From: Raineya sp.
Lineage (GTDB): Bacteria > Bacteroidota > Bacteroidia > Cytophagales > Thermonemataceae
Reading direction: 5' to 3'
Assembly: GCA_025454915.1 (NCBI GenBank)
Contig: JALONN010000010.1
Location: 12,339-76,338 of the forward strand
DNA: 64,000 nt
The notes under the pieces: model-generated
Seen by the model: only the letters and a program-made list of their open reading frames with translations
Told to the model about the DNA's origin: nothing
Databases searched by the model: none
Part shown: positions 9,203 to 17,741 of the stretch, one piece after another
Position numbering within the stretch: the stretch's first letter is position 1
Layout: each line of letters starts with the position of its first letter
Made by a program: the position numbers and the translations under genes

Positions 9203-9604
9203 ATGATATATATAGAAGCTTCAAAAAATAGCCCAAAAGTCTATATTGATTTTGAACAACTTCTTTTTGAAATAAGTGGTATCTCGGTTTTAGACGAACC
9301 ACTAGCTTTTTATCAAAAAATTTTTAAATACATAGAAAATGATTTTTATCTGGTAAAAAATGCCCTTTTTCAGAATGAGAAGAAGCCAAATTTGACTCTA
9401 CATTTTTATCTTCGTTATATAGGTGTGCAGGATAAAGAGATGTTGAGGCAAATAGACTGGTTATTTTTTCATATCAAAGAATTTACAACTTTTATTTATT
9501 GGTATTACAATCCTGAAGATGAAGACCAAGTTGAATTAGCAAATGATATTCAAAGTAAATTTTTAAATCAAGTAAGACTTATTCATCACTCTTATGGTAT
9601 GTAA
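9203..9604 (+). CDS. DUF1987 / SiaC-like small protein
   Basis: MIYIEASKNSPKVYIDFEQLLFEISGISVLDEPLAFYQKIFKYIE matches my recollection of the DUF1987 N-terminus (..tP.v.fd...g.l.i.G.S.pE....FY.p...wl). The ATG at 9203 is in frame with the track TTG at 9194. Confidence 0.45.
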   Translation: MIYIEASKNSPKVYIDFEQLLFEISGISVLDEPLAFYQKIFKYIENDFYLVKNALFQNEKKPNLTLHFYLRYIGVQDKEMLRQIDWLFFHIKEFTTFIYWYYNPEDEDQVELANDIQSKFLNQVRLIHHSYGM

Positions 9605-9896
9605 ATTATACATAATGATACTTACAACCAATGAGAAAAAGTTACTGTCTTTGTTAGTATTTTAGTAGTGTAACTACACCAACAAGGACGAAAAAAGATA
9701 GAATAAGTATTTGTACCTAATTAAATAACAGAAACCTTATAGGTTTTTAAAATGATTTTATTTGTTGATTAACAGATATTTACAAAAAAAAACTATAAGA
9801 ATTTAATTTATATTAAATTCTTATCTTTACTTATAAGGATAGTGGTCAGAGAAAAATATTTTGATGATGATTACAATGACGATTATATTAAAAAAC

Positions 9897-9925
9897 AAAA
9901 AACCACTTTTAAGAAGTGGTTTTTT
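9897..9925. terminator. bidirectional terminator hairpin overlapping the DUF1015 stop codon
   Basis: aaaaaaccactt-ttaag-aagtggtttttt. Confidence 0.65.
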
Positions 9926-11228
9926 GTTTTTCCTTAAAGAAATTATCCAACATCCCATCATTTTCTTGAGATTTGATGCTGGCAAATGTGAACCCACAAA
10001 TTACTTTGGGGTAAAAATAAGTAGATTTTTGAGGCATGGTATAGCCACTTTCACAAACTTGTTTCACTTCATCTATACTTACTTCTTGTGTGATGAGAGC
10101 TATTTGAGCTTCATTGTGTTCTACTTTTTCTAAACATTCATGCAAACTGCGTACAAACTGAATATGCTCTCCTTTAAGTTGTTCATCTTTACTGATGCCC
10201 AATACTTTTTGGATGACAAAATAATGCAAAACAGTTAAATCAAGCCTTTTTACTACATCAGGAAATTGCCAAGTCATTTGCTCAAAAACATCTTCTCTGA
10301 GTTTAATTTTACAAGATAGATTTTTGGTTACAAGCCCAAATGTCCATTTTTTTCCTGCAATAACATCTGGAAGGTTTTCAGCCTCAATAACAGGTTTGAT
10401 ATCAAAATAAGGATGTAGTTTATCAATCAGGGTTTGTTCATCAAAATGCTCTAATCCAATAATGAGTCTGTGGGTAGGTAGAATGCGTAAGTCATCACTT
10501 TCTGTATTGGTCAGATACATTAAATGATAATTGTAAGGTTCTTGTCCTGTATGTTGAGGATTTTGAGCCATTTGTTCTTTTCGGTATTCTAAAGAACCAG
10601 TATATCGATGGTGCCCATCTGCCAGAATTACTTTCGATTTACCCAAAACATCCATGAACTTCTGAATCACTTGAACATCATGAATTACACTTAATACATC
10701 TCTAACACCCTGATAATCTTCTGTTTCATAGATAGGGGCTTTCATACTTTCATCCATATATTGCTCCAATTCAAATTGAGAGTCTGTATATAGCCCATGT
10801 GTGGGAGCAATATTCATTTGAGTATGTCTGAGTAATTCTGTACGATCGTTTACAGAGTGAGGTAAAACATTTTCATGGCGTAAAACCTGATTTTCGTCCC
10901 AATTATAGGCTTTAATCATGGTAATAAAGCCTTTTCGACAATATTTTTTAGAACTTCCTGAAATGGAAAAGTACTGATAGTATACATAAATAGCTGGTAA
11001 TTTATCTTGTACCAAAATACCTCTATTTTTCCATTCTTCTTGTAAGTCAGCCATTTGCTGATAAGAAACTCCATAAGCAGGAACAGAAAGATGAATACTA
11101 TTGTACTCTTGAGCATACAAGGCTTTTATTTGTTTAGCAGAAACCACATCAAACAATGGAGAAGTCAGCTCATCAATATTGAGATGTTCAGCATAACGCC
11201 AAGCTCTAAAAGGTAGAATTTCAGCCAT
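9909..11228 (-). CDS. DUF1015 domain-containing protein
   Basis: MAEILPFRAWRYAE, ILADGHHRY and LPTHRL, with a length typical of the family. Confidence 0.85.
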   Translation of the reverse strand: MAEILPFRAWRYAEHLNIDELTSPLFDVVSAKQIKALYAQEYNSIHLSVPAYGVSYQQMADLQEEWKNRGILVQDKLPAIYVYYQYFSISGSSKKYCRKGFITMIKAYNWDENQVLRHENVLPHSVNDRTELLRHTQMNIAPTHGLYTDSQFELEQYMDESMKAPIYETEDYQGVRDVLSVIHDVQVIQKFMDVLGKSKVILADGHHRYTGSLEYRKEQMAQNPQHTGQEPYNYHLMYLTNTESDDLRILPTHRLIIGLEHFDEQTLIDKLHPYFDIKPVIEAENLPDVIAGKKWTFGLVTKNLSCKIKLREDVFEQMTWQFPDVVKRLDLTVLHYFVIQKVLGISKDEQLKGEHIQFVRSLHECLEKVEHNEAQIALITQEVSIDEVKQVCESGYTMPQKSTYFYPKVICGFTFASIKSQENDGMLDNFFKEKQKTTS

Positions 11229-11337
11229 TTATTTATCAGATTTTAGATATAAAAAGTTAGACTTGAGATATGAGAGATTAGACATGAGAAAAAATAAGAT
11301 AATCTTGAATCTCATGTCTAAAAATCTAGAATCTGTA

Positions 11338-12105
11338 TTAAGGATTGTAGGCTTTGATAATTTCAGTAAAGTCTCTTGATTTTAAAGAAGCACCTCCCAC
11401 AAGTCCGCCATCTACATCAGGGCATGCAAAAAGTTCTTTGGCATTGCCAGCATTTACACTTCCACCATACAAAATACTCGTATTTTGAGCTGTTTCAGTA
11501 CCAAATTTTTCTGATAAATATTTTCTGATTTCAGCATGCATTTCCTGAGCTTGCTCTGTTGAAGCAGTTTTGCCTGTACCAATAGCCCAAACAGGTTCGT
11601 AAGCAACCACTATATTTTTCATTTGTTCGTTGCTAAGATGAAATAAACTGCCTGCTAACTGCTTTTGTACAAACTCAATATGTTCATTTTTCTCTCTGAT
11701 TTCAATGGTTTCTCCACAACAGAAAATTACTTGTAGGTTTTCTTCTAAAGCTCTGTTAATTTTTTCAGCCAATTGCTGATGGGTTTCATTGTAATACAAA
11801 CGTCTTTCACTATGTCCGATAATAACATAACCAGCTCCAACAGAAGCAAGCATAGAAGCGGAAATCTCACCAGTATAAGCACCTTTGGTATGTTCAGAGC
11901 AGTTTTGAGCTGCTAAATATGTTCCAGATGTTTGCTCTACCAAATTACGAACAGCATGCAGATAAACAAAAGGTGTTGCAAATATCACTTTTGCATCATT
12001 TCTTTTTTCATCCTTTAGCATATTGGTAGTTTCTGAGATAAGAGTAAGACCTTCTTGTAATGAAAGGTTCATTTTCCAGTTTCCTGCTACTATTTTCTGA
12101 GCCAT
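11338..12105 (-). CDS. tpiA: triose-phosphate isomerase
   Basis: AGNWKMN, IIGHSERR, AYEPVWAIGTGKTAS, YGGSV. Confidence 0.95.
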   Translation of the reverse strand: MAQKIVAGNWKMNLSLQEGLTLISETTNMLKDEKRNDAKVIFATPFVYLHAVRNLVEQTSGTYLAAQNCSEHTKGAYTGEISASMLASVGAGYVIIGHSERRLYYNETHQQLAEKINRALEENLQVIFCCGETIEIREKNEHIEFVQKQLAGSLFHLSNEQMKNIVVAYEPVWAIGTGKTASTEQAQEMHAEIRKYLSEKFGTETAQNTSILYGGSVNAGNAKELFACPDVDGGLVGGASLKSRDFTEIIKAYNP

Positions 12106-12248
12106 ATAAATGAGTTTTAGACTAAAAAGTAAAAATTGATGGGCAAATTTATTAAAATTGCGTCAATACATAGAAATTTTTTAGCAAATTTGCAGAATTA
12201 GTGATTCATAATATTTTGAATAACTCCATAAAAGAATTGTAAGTAAAG

Positions 12249-13385
12249 ATGGATTTAACAATCAGACAAAAAGAAAACTCTATATTTAAAGGTGATCCCA
12301 TTATCTGGTACATCGTATTGGCTCTTTCTATTATCAGTATTTTGCTGGTATACAGTGCTACACAGAGTTTGGCATATCAAAGAAATCATGGAGATACAGT
12401 ATATTATCTTAAAAAGCATAGTTTTTTCCTGATTTTTGCCTTAGTGGTTATGTGGTTAGCCCATCGGATAGACTACCGATATTATGCAAAACTTTCTAAA
12501 TATGCACTACAATTATCTATACCTCTTTTAATTATTACAATGTTTTTTGGTGATCAGATTGGAAATGCCACACGTAGTTTAACCATTCCCATTATTGGAG
12601 CATCTTTTCGACCTTCAGATTTAGCAAAACTTGCTTTAATATCACATTTGGCAACAATGCTTTCCAAAAGGCAACAAAATATAGAAAATATTCAGGAATC
12701 CCTTATTCCTATGATGGGGTGGGTAGGAATCATATGTGGTTTGATAGCAATCAATAACTTTTCTACTTCTTTTGTTGTATTTGCTACAGCAATGCTTGTA
12801 ATGTTTATAGGAAGAGTACCAACAAGATACTTTGTAATATTAGCTGTAGGAGGAATGATTATTATTGCAGTTGCTTTGCGTATAGGATCTCGATGGGAAA
12901 CATTCAAGTCTCGTATCTCTTCGTATATAGAAATTATTCAGGAACCAGATAAAGCAGAGCATACTCAAATAGAACAATCTTTTATTGCTGTGGGTACAGG
13001 AGGTTTTTGGGGAAAAGGACCAGGACGAAGTAGTCAGCAAGAATTCCTCTCGCAGGCATACTCTGATTTTATGTTTGCAATTCTGGTAGAAGAATATGGT
13101 TTTTTGGGTGGGGCAATTGTCATTTTTTTGTATCTTGCTTTGCTATATCGAAGCATGATTATCATGTCTCGAACGAACAGAGCCTTTGGGGGCTTGCTGG
13201 CAGCAGGTTTGGCTTTTAGCTTGGTTATGCAGGCACTTGTGCATATTTGTGTAACACTCGGACTTGTACCTGTTACGGGTTTGCCATTGCCTTTATTAAG
13301 CATGGGAGGAACATCACTGCTTTTTACGGGCATTGCCATAGGCATTATTTTAAGTGTAAGTAGAGGAGATATTCAGGAAAATTAA
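12249..13385 (+). CDS. FtsW/RodA/SpoVE (SEDS) family peptidoglycan polymerase / cell-cycle protein
   Basis: Multi-TM protein. FKGDPIIWYIVLALSIISILLVYSATQ, SDFMFAILVEEYGFLG and GLPLPLLSMGGTSLL are SEDS hallmarks. It is not in a dcw or mrd context here. Confidence 0.85.
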   Translation: MDLTIRQKENSIFKGDPIIWYIVLALSIISILLVYSATQSLAYQRNHGDTVYYLKKHSFFLIFALVVMWLAHRIDYRYYAKLSKYALQLSIPLLIITMFFGDQIGNATRSLTIPIIGASFRPSDLAKLALISHLATMLSKRQQNIENIQESLIPMMGWVGIICGLIAINNFSTSFVVFATAMLVMFIGRVPTRYFVILAVGGMIIIAVALRIGSRWETFKSRISSYIEIIQEPDKAEHTQIEQSFIAVGTGGFWGKGPGRSSQQEFLSQAYSDFMFAILVEEYGFLGGAIVIFLYLALLYRSMIIMSRTNRAFGGLLAAGLAFSLVMQALVHICVTLGLVPVTGLPLPLLSMGGTSLLFTGIAIGIILSVSRGDIQEN

Positions 13386-13399
13386 CATCAAACAATAAT

Positions 13400-14335
13400 A
13401 TGGCAGAAAATACCAAACATACCGAAGATGCTTTCAGTAAGGTAAATGTATTTTTTGATATGTTTGAAGAGGTTTTACATAAACAAAACCAGCAAATAGA
13501 ACAAAGAATTACCCAAGAAATCAGAAATATTAAGGAGGCTCTCAGTCAAGAGGAAATCAAAATTCAGGAAAAATTAAACCCTGTTTTGGAAGAGAAAGTA
13601 GAAAGAGTAAAAGAAGAACTGGGTAAAATTAATAATATCAGTGTTATTATCAAAAAAGAGATTCGAGATTCACAGCCCGAAATGATAGACGCTTTGTACC
13701 CGATTATGGGTAAATTGGTGCAAAAGTTTATCAAAGTTGAATTAGAAAAATTAAACGAAAATATTAATAAACAACTGGATAATAGCTTTTCTTGGGAAGC
13801 CATTCGCAGAGAGTTTTTAGGGCTTTTAGGAATTAAGCAAGAAGATGTACTACTGGCACAAGCTTCACAAGCTACTATCAACGAATTTTTTGTGATTTAT
13901 CAAAATTCAGGTATATTGCAGGCTCATTATAGCAAAGAAGATGTGATTGATGATGACATGGTAGCAGGCATGCTAACGGCTATCAAATCATTTATTAATG
14001 ATGCTTTTAGGAATAGTGCAGACCTAGAAACAATAGAGTATGGTAATTCCAAAATACTGATATTTAGTGCAGTTCGTTTTTATTTAGTAGCTGTTGTTTC
14101 TGGAGTTGTTGACAAAGGATTTCAAGATCGTCTCCAAAGCTATATGCAACTATTTTATGAAACTCATTTGAGTAACTTTAGTGATGAAGAAATAGCAGAG
14201 AAAGATTTAACCAAAATTCTGAAAAAACACATAGAAGATTTCCCTAACTACAATCTGATAGCACAGAAAATCAATGACTACAGGCAAAACATTAAGCAAA
14301 AAGGTAATTTTAATTGGAAATTTTGGCGTTGGTAA
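13400..14335 (+). CDS. coiled-coil protein with a C-terminal roadblock/longin-like region (putative GTPase partner)
   Basis: The N-terminal ~130 aa are heptad-like and K/E-rich. The C-terminal part is FFVIYQNSGILQAHYS..MVAGMLTAIKSFINDAF..IEYGNSKILIFSAVRFYLVAVVSG. The fold assignment is an inference. Confidence 0.45.
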   Translation: MAENTKHTEDAFSKVNVFFDMFEEVLHKQNQQIEQRITQEIRNIKEALSQEEIKIQEKLNPVLEEKVERVKEELGKINNISVIIKKEIRDSQPEMIDALYPIMGKLVQKFIKVELEKLNENINKQLDNSFSWEAIRREFLGLLGIKQEDVLLAQASQATINEFFVIYQNSGILQAHYSKEDVIDDDMVAGMLTAIKSFINDAFRNSADLETIEYGNSKILIFSAVRFYLVAVVSGVVDKGFQDRLQSYMQLFYETHLSNFSDEEIAEKDLTKILKKHIEDFPNYNLIAQKINDYRQNIKQKGNFNWKFWRW

Positions 14336-14762
14336 AACCTCCCTTACTCGTCAATTTGTCTATCAAAAATTTTCCGATGAATATCTTACTACTCTAGGTG
14401 TAAAAATAGATAAAAAAGTAGTAGAAGTGGGTAATGACTTGGTGAATCTAATGATTTGGGATATTGCAGGAGAAGTAAGCCAAACACGTGTAAATACATC
14501 TTATTATTTAGGGTCTAATGGAATTATCTATGTTTTTGATCTTTCAAGACCATCTACTTACGAACATATGGAAGCTGATATTGAGTATGTTCAAAAATTA
14601 CTACCAGATGTTCCAATATTAAGAGTGGCTAATAAAGCTGATTTATTAACAGAAGAGCAAATTGCAAATATTTCCGTTCCTTACGATTTTTTAAGTAGTG
14701 CAAAAACATCCCAAAATGTAGAAGAAATGTTTTTGAAATTGACCAAAGCAATGCTCCAATAG
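14274..14762 (+). CDS. Ras-superfamily small GTPase (Rab/Rup-like)
   Basis: G1 GNFGVGKT, G3 WDIAGE, G4 NKAD, G5 SAK. Its ATG lies 62 nt inside the preceding ORF. Confidence 0.85.
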   Translation: MTTGKTLSKKVILIGNFGVGKTSLTRQFVYQKFSDEYLTTLGVKIDKKVVEVGNDLVNLMIWDIAGEVSQTRVNTSYYLGSNGIIYVFDLSRPSTYEHMEADIEYVQKLLPDVPILRVANKADLLTEEQIANISVPYDFLSSAKTSQNVEEMFLKLTKAMLQ

Positions 14763-14765
14763 TAA

Positions 14766-15173
14766 ATGGCAAAATCTTTATACATAGAATTATTTGAAAA
14801 AGCTCATCAGGACTTTGTACAAGAGGCATATCTCACCATTCTTTTGAGTGAGGATGCGGAGATTTTGTATAGCAACAATACACTTACAAATCTTGAACCT
14901 TTTTATGGACAATCTATTTATCCTGTTTTCCCATTTTTAGAGCATCTGTTACAACCCAATATTCCAGAATTGAGCATAAACTTACTAGAAGCTAGTCTCA
15001 ATCAGACAAATATTAAATATCGTTGTATTATTAAGTCTTTTGAAAAAGAAAGTGAAACCTTCTTCTTTGTCATTTTACAAAATGTAGAATGGCATTACCA
15101 AGAGCTATTCAGAATACAGCAGGAACGCAATGAAGCTGTTATCAGCAAAGAAATGGCTATTCTGAAGAAGTAA
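14766..15173 (+). CDS. hypothetical protein, third gene of the GTPase module
   Basis: 135-aa ORF starting 3 nt after the GTPase stop. No motif recognised. Confidence 0.45.
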   Translation: MAKSLYIELFEKAHQDFVQEAYLTILLSEDAEILYSNNTLTNLEPFYGQSIYPVFPFLEHLLQPNIPELSINLLEASLNQTNIKYRCIIKSFEKESETFFFVILQNVEWHYQELFRIQQERNEAVISKEMAILKK

Positions 15174-15762
15174 ACACTTTATGTAACGCCAATACCTGAG
15201 GTATAACGGCTTGTGTATCATCGTTATAAATAATATAATCTGCCAAACGTAATTTCTCTTCTTCTGGTAACTGCTTATCTATAATCGCCTTAATCTCAGT
15301 CTCGTTGCGTTGTGGGTCTCTTGCTTTTACTCTCTTAATGCGAATATACTCAGGAGCAAAAACAGTAATCAGTTTGTCTAAAAATTTATGAGAACCTGAC
15401 TCTATCATAAGAGCAGCCTCTCGGATTACATAAGGCTTATCAGCATGCTCTTGTACCCAAGCAATATAATCTTCAGCCACTTTGGGGTGTACTAAAGCAT
15501 TGATTTGTTTTACTTTCTGCTGATCATTAAATACCTGAGATGCTAAATAAGCTCTGTTTACAGAGCCATCTGCGTGATATGAATCTTTTCCAAAAGTTTC
15601 CTGAATAGATTTTTTGAGAGGTTCGTTGTGAGCCATGAGGTATTTGGCTCTACTATCTGCATCATAAATGGGAGCTCCCAATACAGCAAATATATGGGCT
15701 ACTATACTCTTTCCAGAACCAATACCACCTGTAATGCCTATTTCTAGGGGCTTTTTATTCAT
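15157..15762 (-). CDS. coaE: dephospho-CoA kinase
   Basis: IGITGGIGSGKS P-loop, with typical length and layout. Confidence 0.9.
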   Translation of the reverse strand: MNKKPLEIGITGGIGSGKSIVAHIFAVLGAPIYDADSRAKYLMAHNEPLKKSIQETFGKDSYHADGSVNRAYLASQVFNDQQKVKQINALVHPKVAEDYIAWVQEHADKPYVIREAALMIESGSHKFLDKLITVFAPEYIRIKRVKARDPQRNETEIKAIIDKQLPEEEKLRLADYIIYNDDTQAVIPQVLALHKVFTSSE

Positions 15763-16724
15763 TTCTTAGGGATTTTTATTTTTGTATGAGGGTTAATTAC
15801 TTTGGCATCTTCTACACCTTGCGGAATTCTTTCGAGTTGCAAGGTGATGGTAGAGTCTTCAGTATTAAATTTCGAATAATCAGCAATCACTTTAAAGTCT
15901 GTTAAATCAATTTCATTTTCCATTTGAGCTTTAAACACACACATAATTTCAGCTTGTTCAATAGGAAGTTCATAACCTTCAGGAAAATTGAGTCTTTCTA
16001 TATTGAATTTTACTTTTTTACTGAAAAACTGCTCTACATCAAAAGTTACTTTTACACTTTGTTGAGCTTTCAGGTTGGGACGTTCCAGATAAGAAAGACT
16101 AACAAGTTTATCAAATTTTTTACGAATACCTACTTCTCTGATATTGATGGCAATAGAGTCGGGCAACTGATTGATTTTCTCTACACTGCCTTCAAAAAAT
16201 ATTTGTTGAGGATTGACTTTGATAGGACCTGAGATACGGAAACCTTCTGCCAAAGCTACTTTATCCTTATCAACAACTACTTTGACAAGCTTTCTTACAT
16301 TACGATTGTTATTTACAAAAAAAGTATCTGTAAAAATTTCTGTAATGCGTAAATCTGAGTCTATTTTTTGAGCTAATAAACTTCTCAGAGAACCAGCAAT
16401 TACATAGTTTTGTTGCTGATTGATAGGCATTTTGTATATAACAGCTTTTTTTTCCTGATTGGCTAGGTATTCTTTTGCTATTTTCCAGCCTGTACCTGTT
16501 ACAGTAAAACGAACATCTCTTGTAATAGTATCAGCATTCATACCATTGGTATATTGTAATTTGACAGGCATAGCCAGTGTATAACTATGTTCTGCATTAA
16601 ATGCATTAAACAGCCAAAAAAGGGTTGCAAACAAAACACTCATTACCATAGCCCTGAAGTTGCTTTGTTCTTCACCTATAAGAAGCTCTTTGAGCCAATG
16701 TAATATGTTTCTAAAGAAATGCAA
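15759..16724 (-). CDS. YbbR-like domain-containing protein (membrane-anchored)
   Basis: N-terminal TM segment (MVMSVLFATLFWLFNAF), then repeated beta-rich modules. It overlaps coaE by 4 nt, an arrangement I recall as common in Bacteroidota. Confidence 0.45.
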   Translation of the reverse strand: MHFFRNILHWLKELLIGEEQSNFRAMVMSVLFATLFWLFNAFNAEHSYTLAMPVKLQYTNGMNADTITRDVRFTVTGTGWKIAKEYLANQEKKAVIYKMPINQQQNYVIAGSLRSLLAQKIDSDLRITEIFTDTFFVNNNRNVRKLVKVVVDKDKVALAEGFRISGPIKVNPQQIFFEGSVEKINQLPDSIAINIREVGIRKKFDKLVSLSYLERPNLKAQQSVKVTFDVEQFFSKKVKFNIERLNFPEGYELPIEQAEIMCVFKAQMENEIDLTDFKVIADYSKFNTEDSTITLQLERIPQGVEDAKVINPHTKIKIPKK

Positions 16725-16822
16725 ATCTGAGAGTCTAAGATTTTTGGATAATTTATTTTAGCCAATAACAAAAGAAACAATTTTTTTTTATTTTGCCAAA
16801 ACAATTTATAATCCAGAAAAAT

Positions 16823-17650
16823 ATGCAAATACATACAATAGATACAGGCTTATTTAAATTAGATGGTGGGGCTATGTTTGGGGTAGTTCCTAAAACTATT
16901 TGGCAAAAATTAGTCCCTCCAGACACCAACAATTTATGTACTTGGGCAATGCGTTGTCTTTTGATAGAGAATGGTAAAAAACTTATTTTGGTGGATTGTG
17001 GGATGGGGACCAAGCAAGATGCTAAATTCTTTGGCTATTATGAGCCTCATGGAGAAGGTGAGTTAATCACGTCTATTAAAAAAGCTGGATACAGCCCCGA
17101 AGATATAACAGACGTACTGCTTACGCACCTCCATTTTGACCACTGTGGAGGAGCTGTGTCTAAACAAAATGATAAATTAGTATTAACATTTCCCAATGCA
17201 ACTTATTGGTCTAATCAGGCTCATTGGGATTGGGCTACCATCAAACCTAATGCTCGAGAAAAGGCTTCTTTTTTGAAAGAAAATATTTTGCCATTGCAAG
17301 AAAGCGGACACCTGAAATTCATAGAAAATGCATCTCCTTTTGAAAATATTGAAATTATTCAGGTAGATGGGCATACAGAAAAAATGATGTTGCCATTAAT
17401 CAGTTATAAAAATACTAAAATTCTTTATTGTGCAGATTTAATACCCTCTTCAGCTCATATACCTATTCCGTATGTGATGGGTTATGATATGCGTCCACTG
17501 CAAACCATTGAAGAAAAAGAAAAAATACTAGCTCAAGCTGTTGCTGAAAATTGGCTGCTTGCTTTTGAGCATGATGCTCAGATAGAGGCTTGTAGCCTCC
17601 AAAATACAGAGAAAGGAATTAGAATGAAAGAGGCTATACAATTGAAATAA
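16823..17650 (+). CDS. MBL-fold metallo-hydrolase
   Basis: THLHFDHCGG motif. ATG at 16823 (MQIHTIDTGLFKLDGGAMFG). Confidence 0.8.
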   Translation: MQIHTIDTGLFKLDGGAMFGVVPKTIWQKLVPPDTNNLCTWAMRCLLIENGKKLILVDCGMGTKQDAKFFGYYEPHGEGELITSIKKAGYSPEDITDVLLTHLHFDHCGGAVSKQNDKLVLTFPNATYWSNQAHWDWATIKPNAREKASFLKENILPLQESGHLKFIENASPFENIEIIQVDGHTEKMMLPLISYKNTKILYCADLIPSSAHIPIPYVMGYDMRPLQTIEEKEKILAQAVAENWLLAFEHDAQIEACSLQNTEKGIRMKEAIQLK

Positions 17651-17741
17651 TGATAGTTTTTAGAAAATTTTTGAATAGTTTTTTGGAAAAAAAATAAATA
17701 AAGTCCAAATTTAACCGAATAAAACACAATATTGAAATCGA

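Noticed and set aside
9861-10133. 90-aa plus-strand ORF spanning the terminator and the 3' end of the DUF1015 gene.
   Set aside because: It overlaps a confidently assigned gene on the opposite strand and runs through a terminator hairpin. The sequence is low-complexity.
11240-11320. Repeated tagacNtgaga words and an 11-bp stem with a 20-nt loop downstream of tpiA, considered as a REP-like element or riboregulator.
   Set aside because: It occurs once in the window, has no T-tract and shows no conserved structure that I recognise. It is most likely a weak terminator or a chance feature.
12692-13345. Track ORFs antisense to the SEDS gene (12692-12907, 12840-13040, 13034-13345). Similar antisense or alternate-frame ORFs lie inside other long genes, for example 7705-7929, 8441-8680, 8781-8987, 10916-11116, 13564-13881, 15924-16232, 17711-18001, 20259-20630, 22883-23110, 23720-24022, 25888-26196, 29534-30031, 31278-32189, 34973-35269, 40399-40698, 48162-49322, 50443-50730, 51638-57553 (minus) and 60053-60646.
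   Set aside because: They are shadow ORFs of well-supported genes on the other strand or frame. They are low-complexity, lack motifs and have no room for their own promoters.
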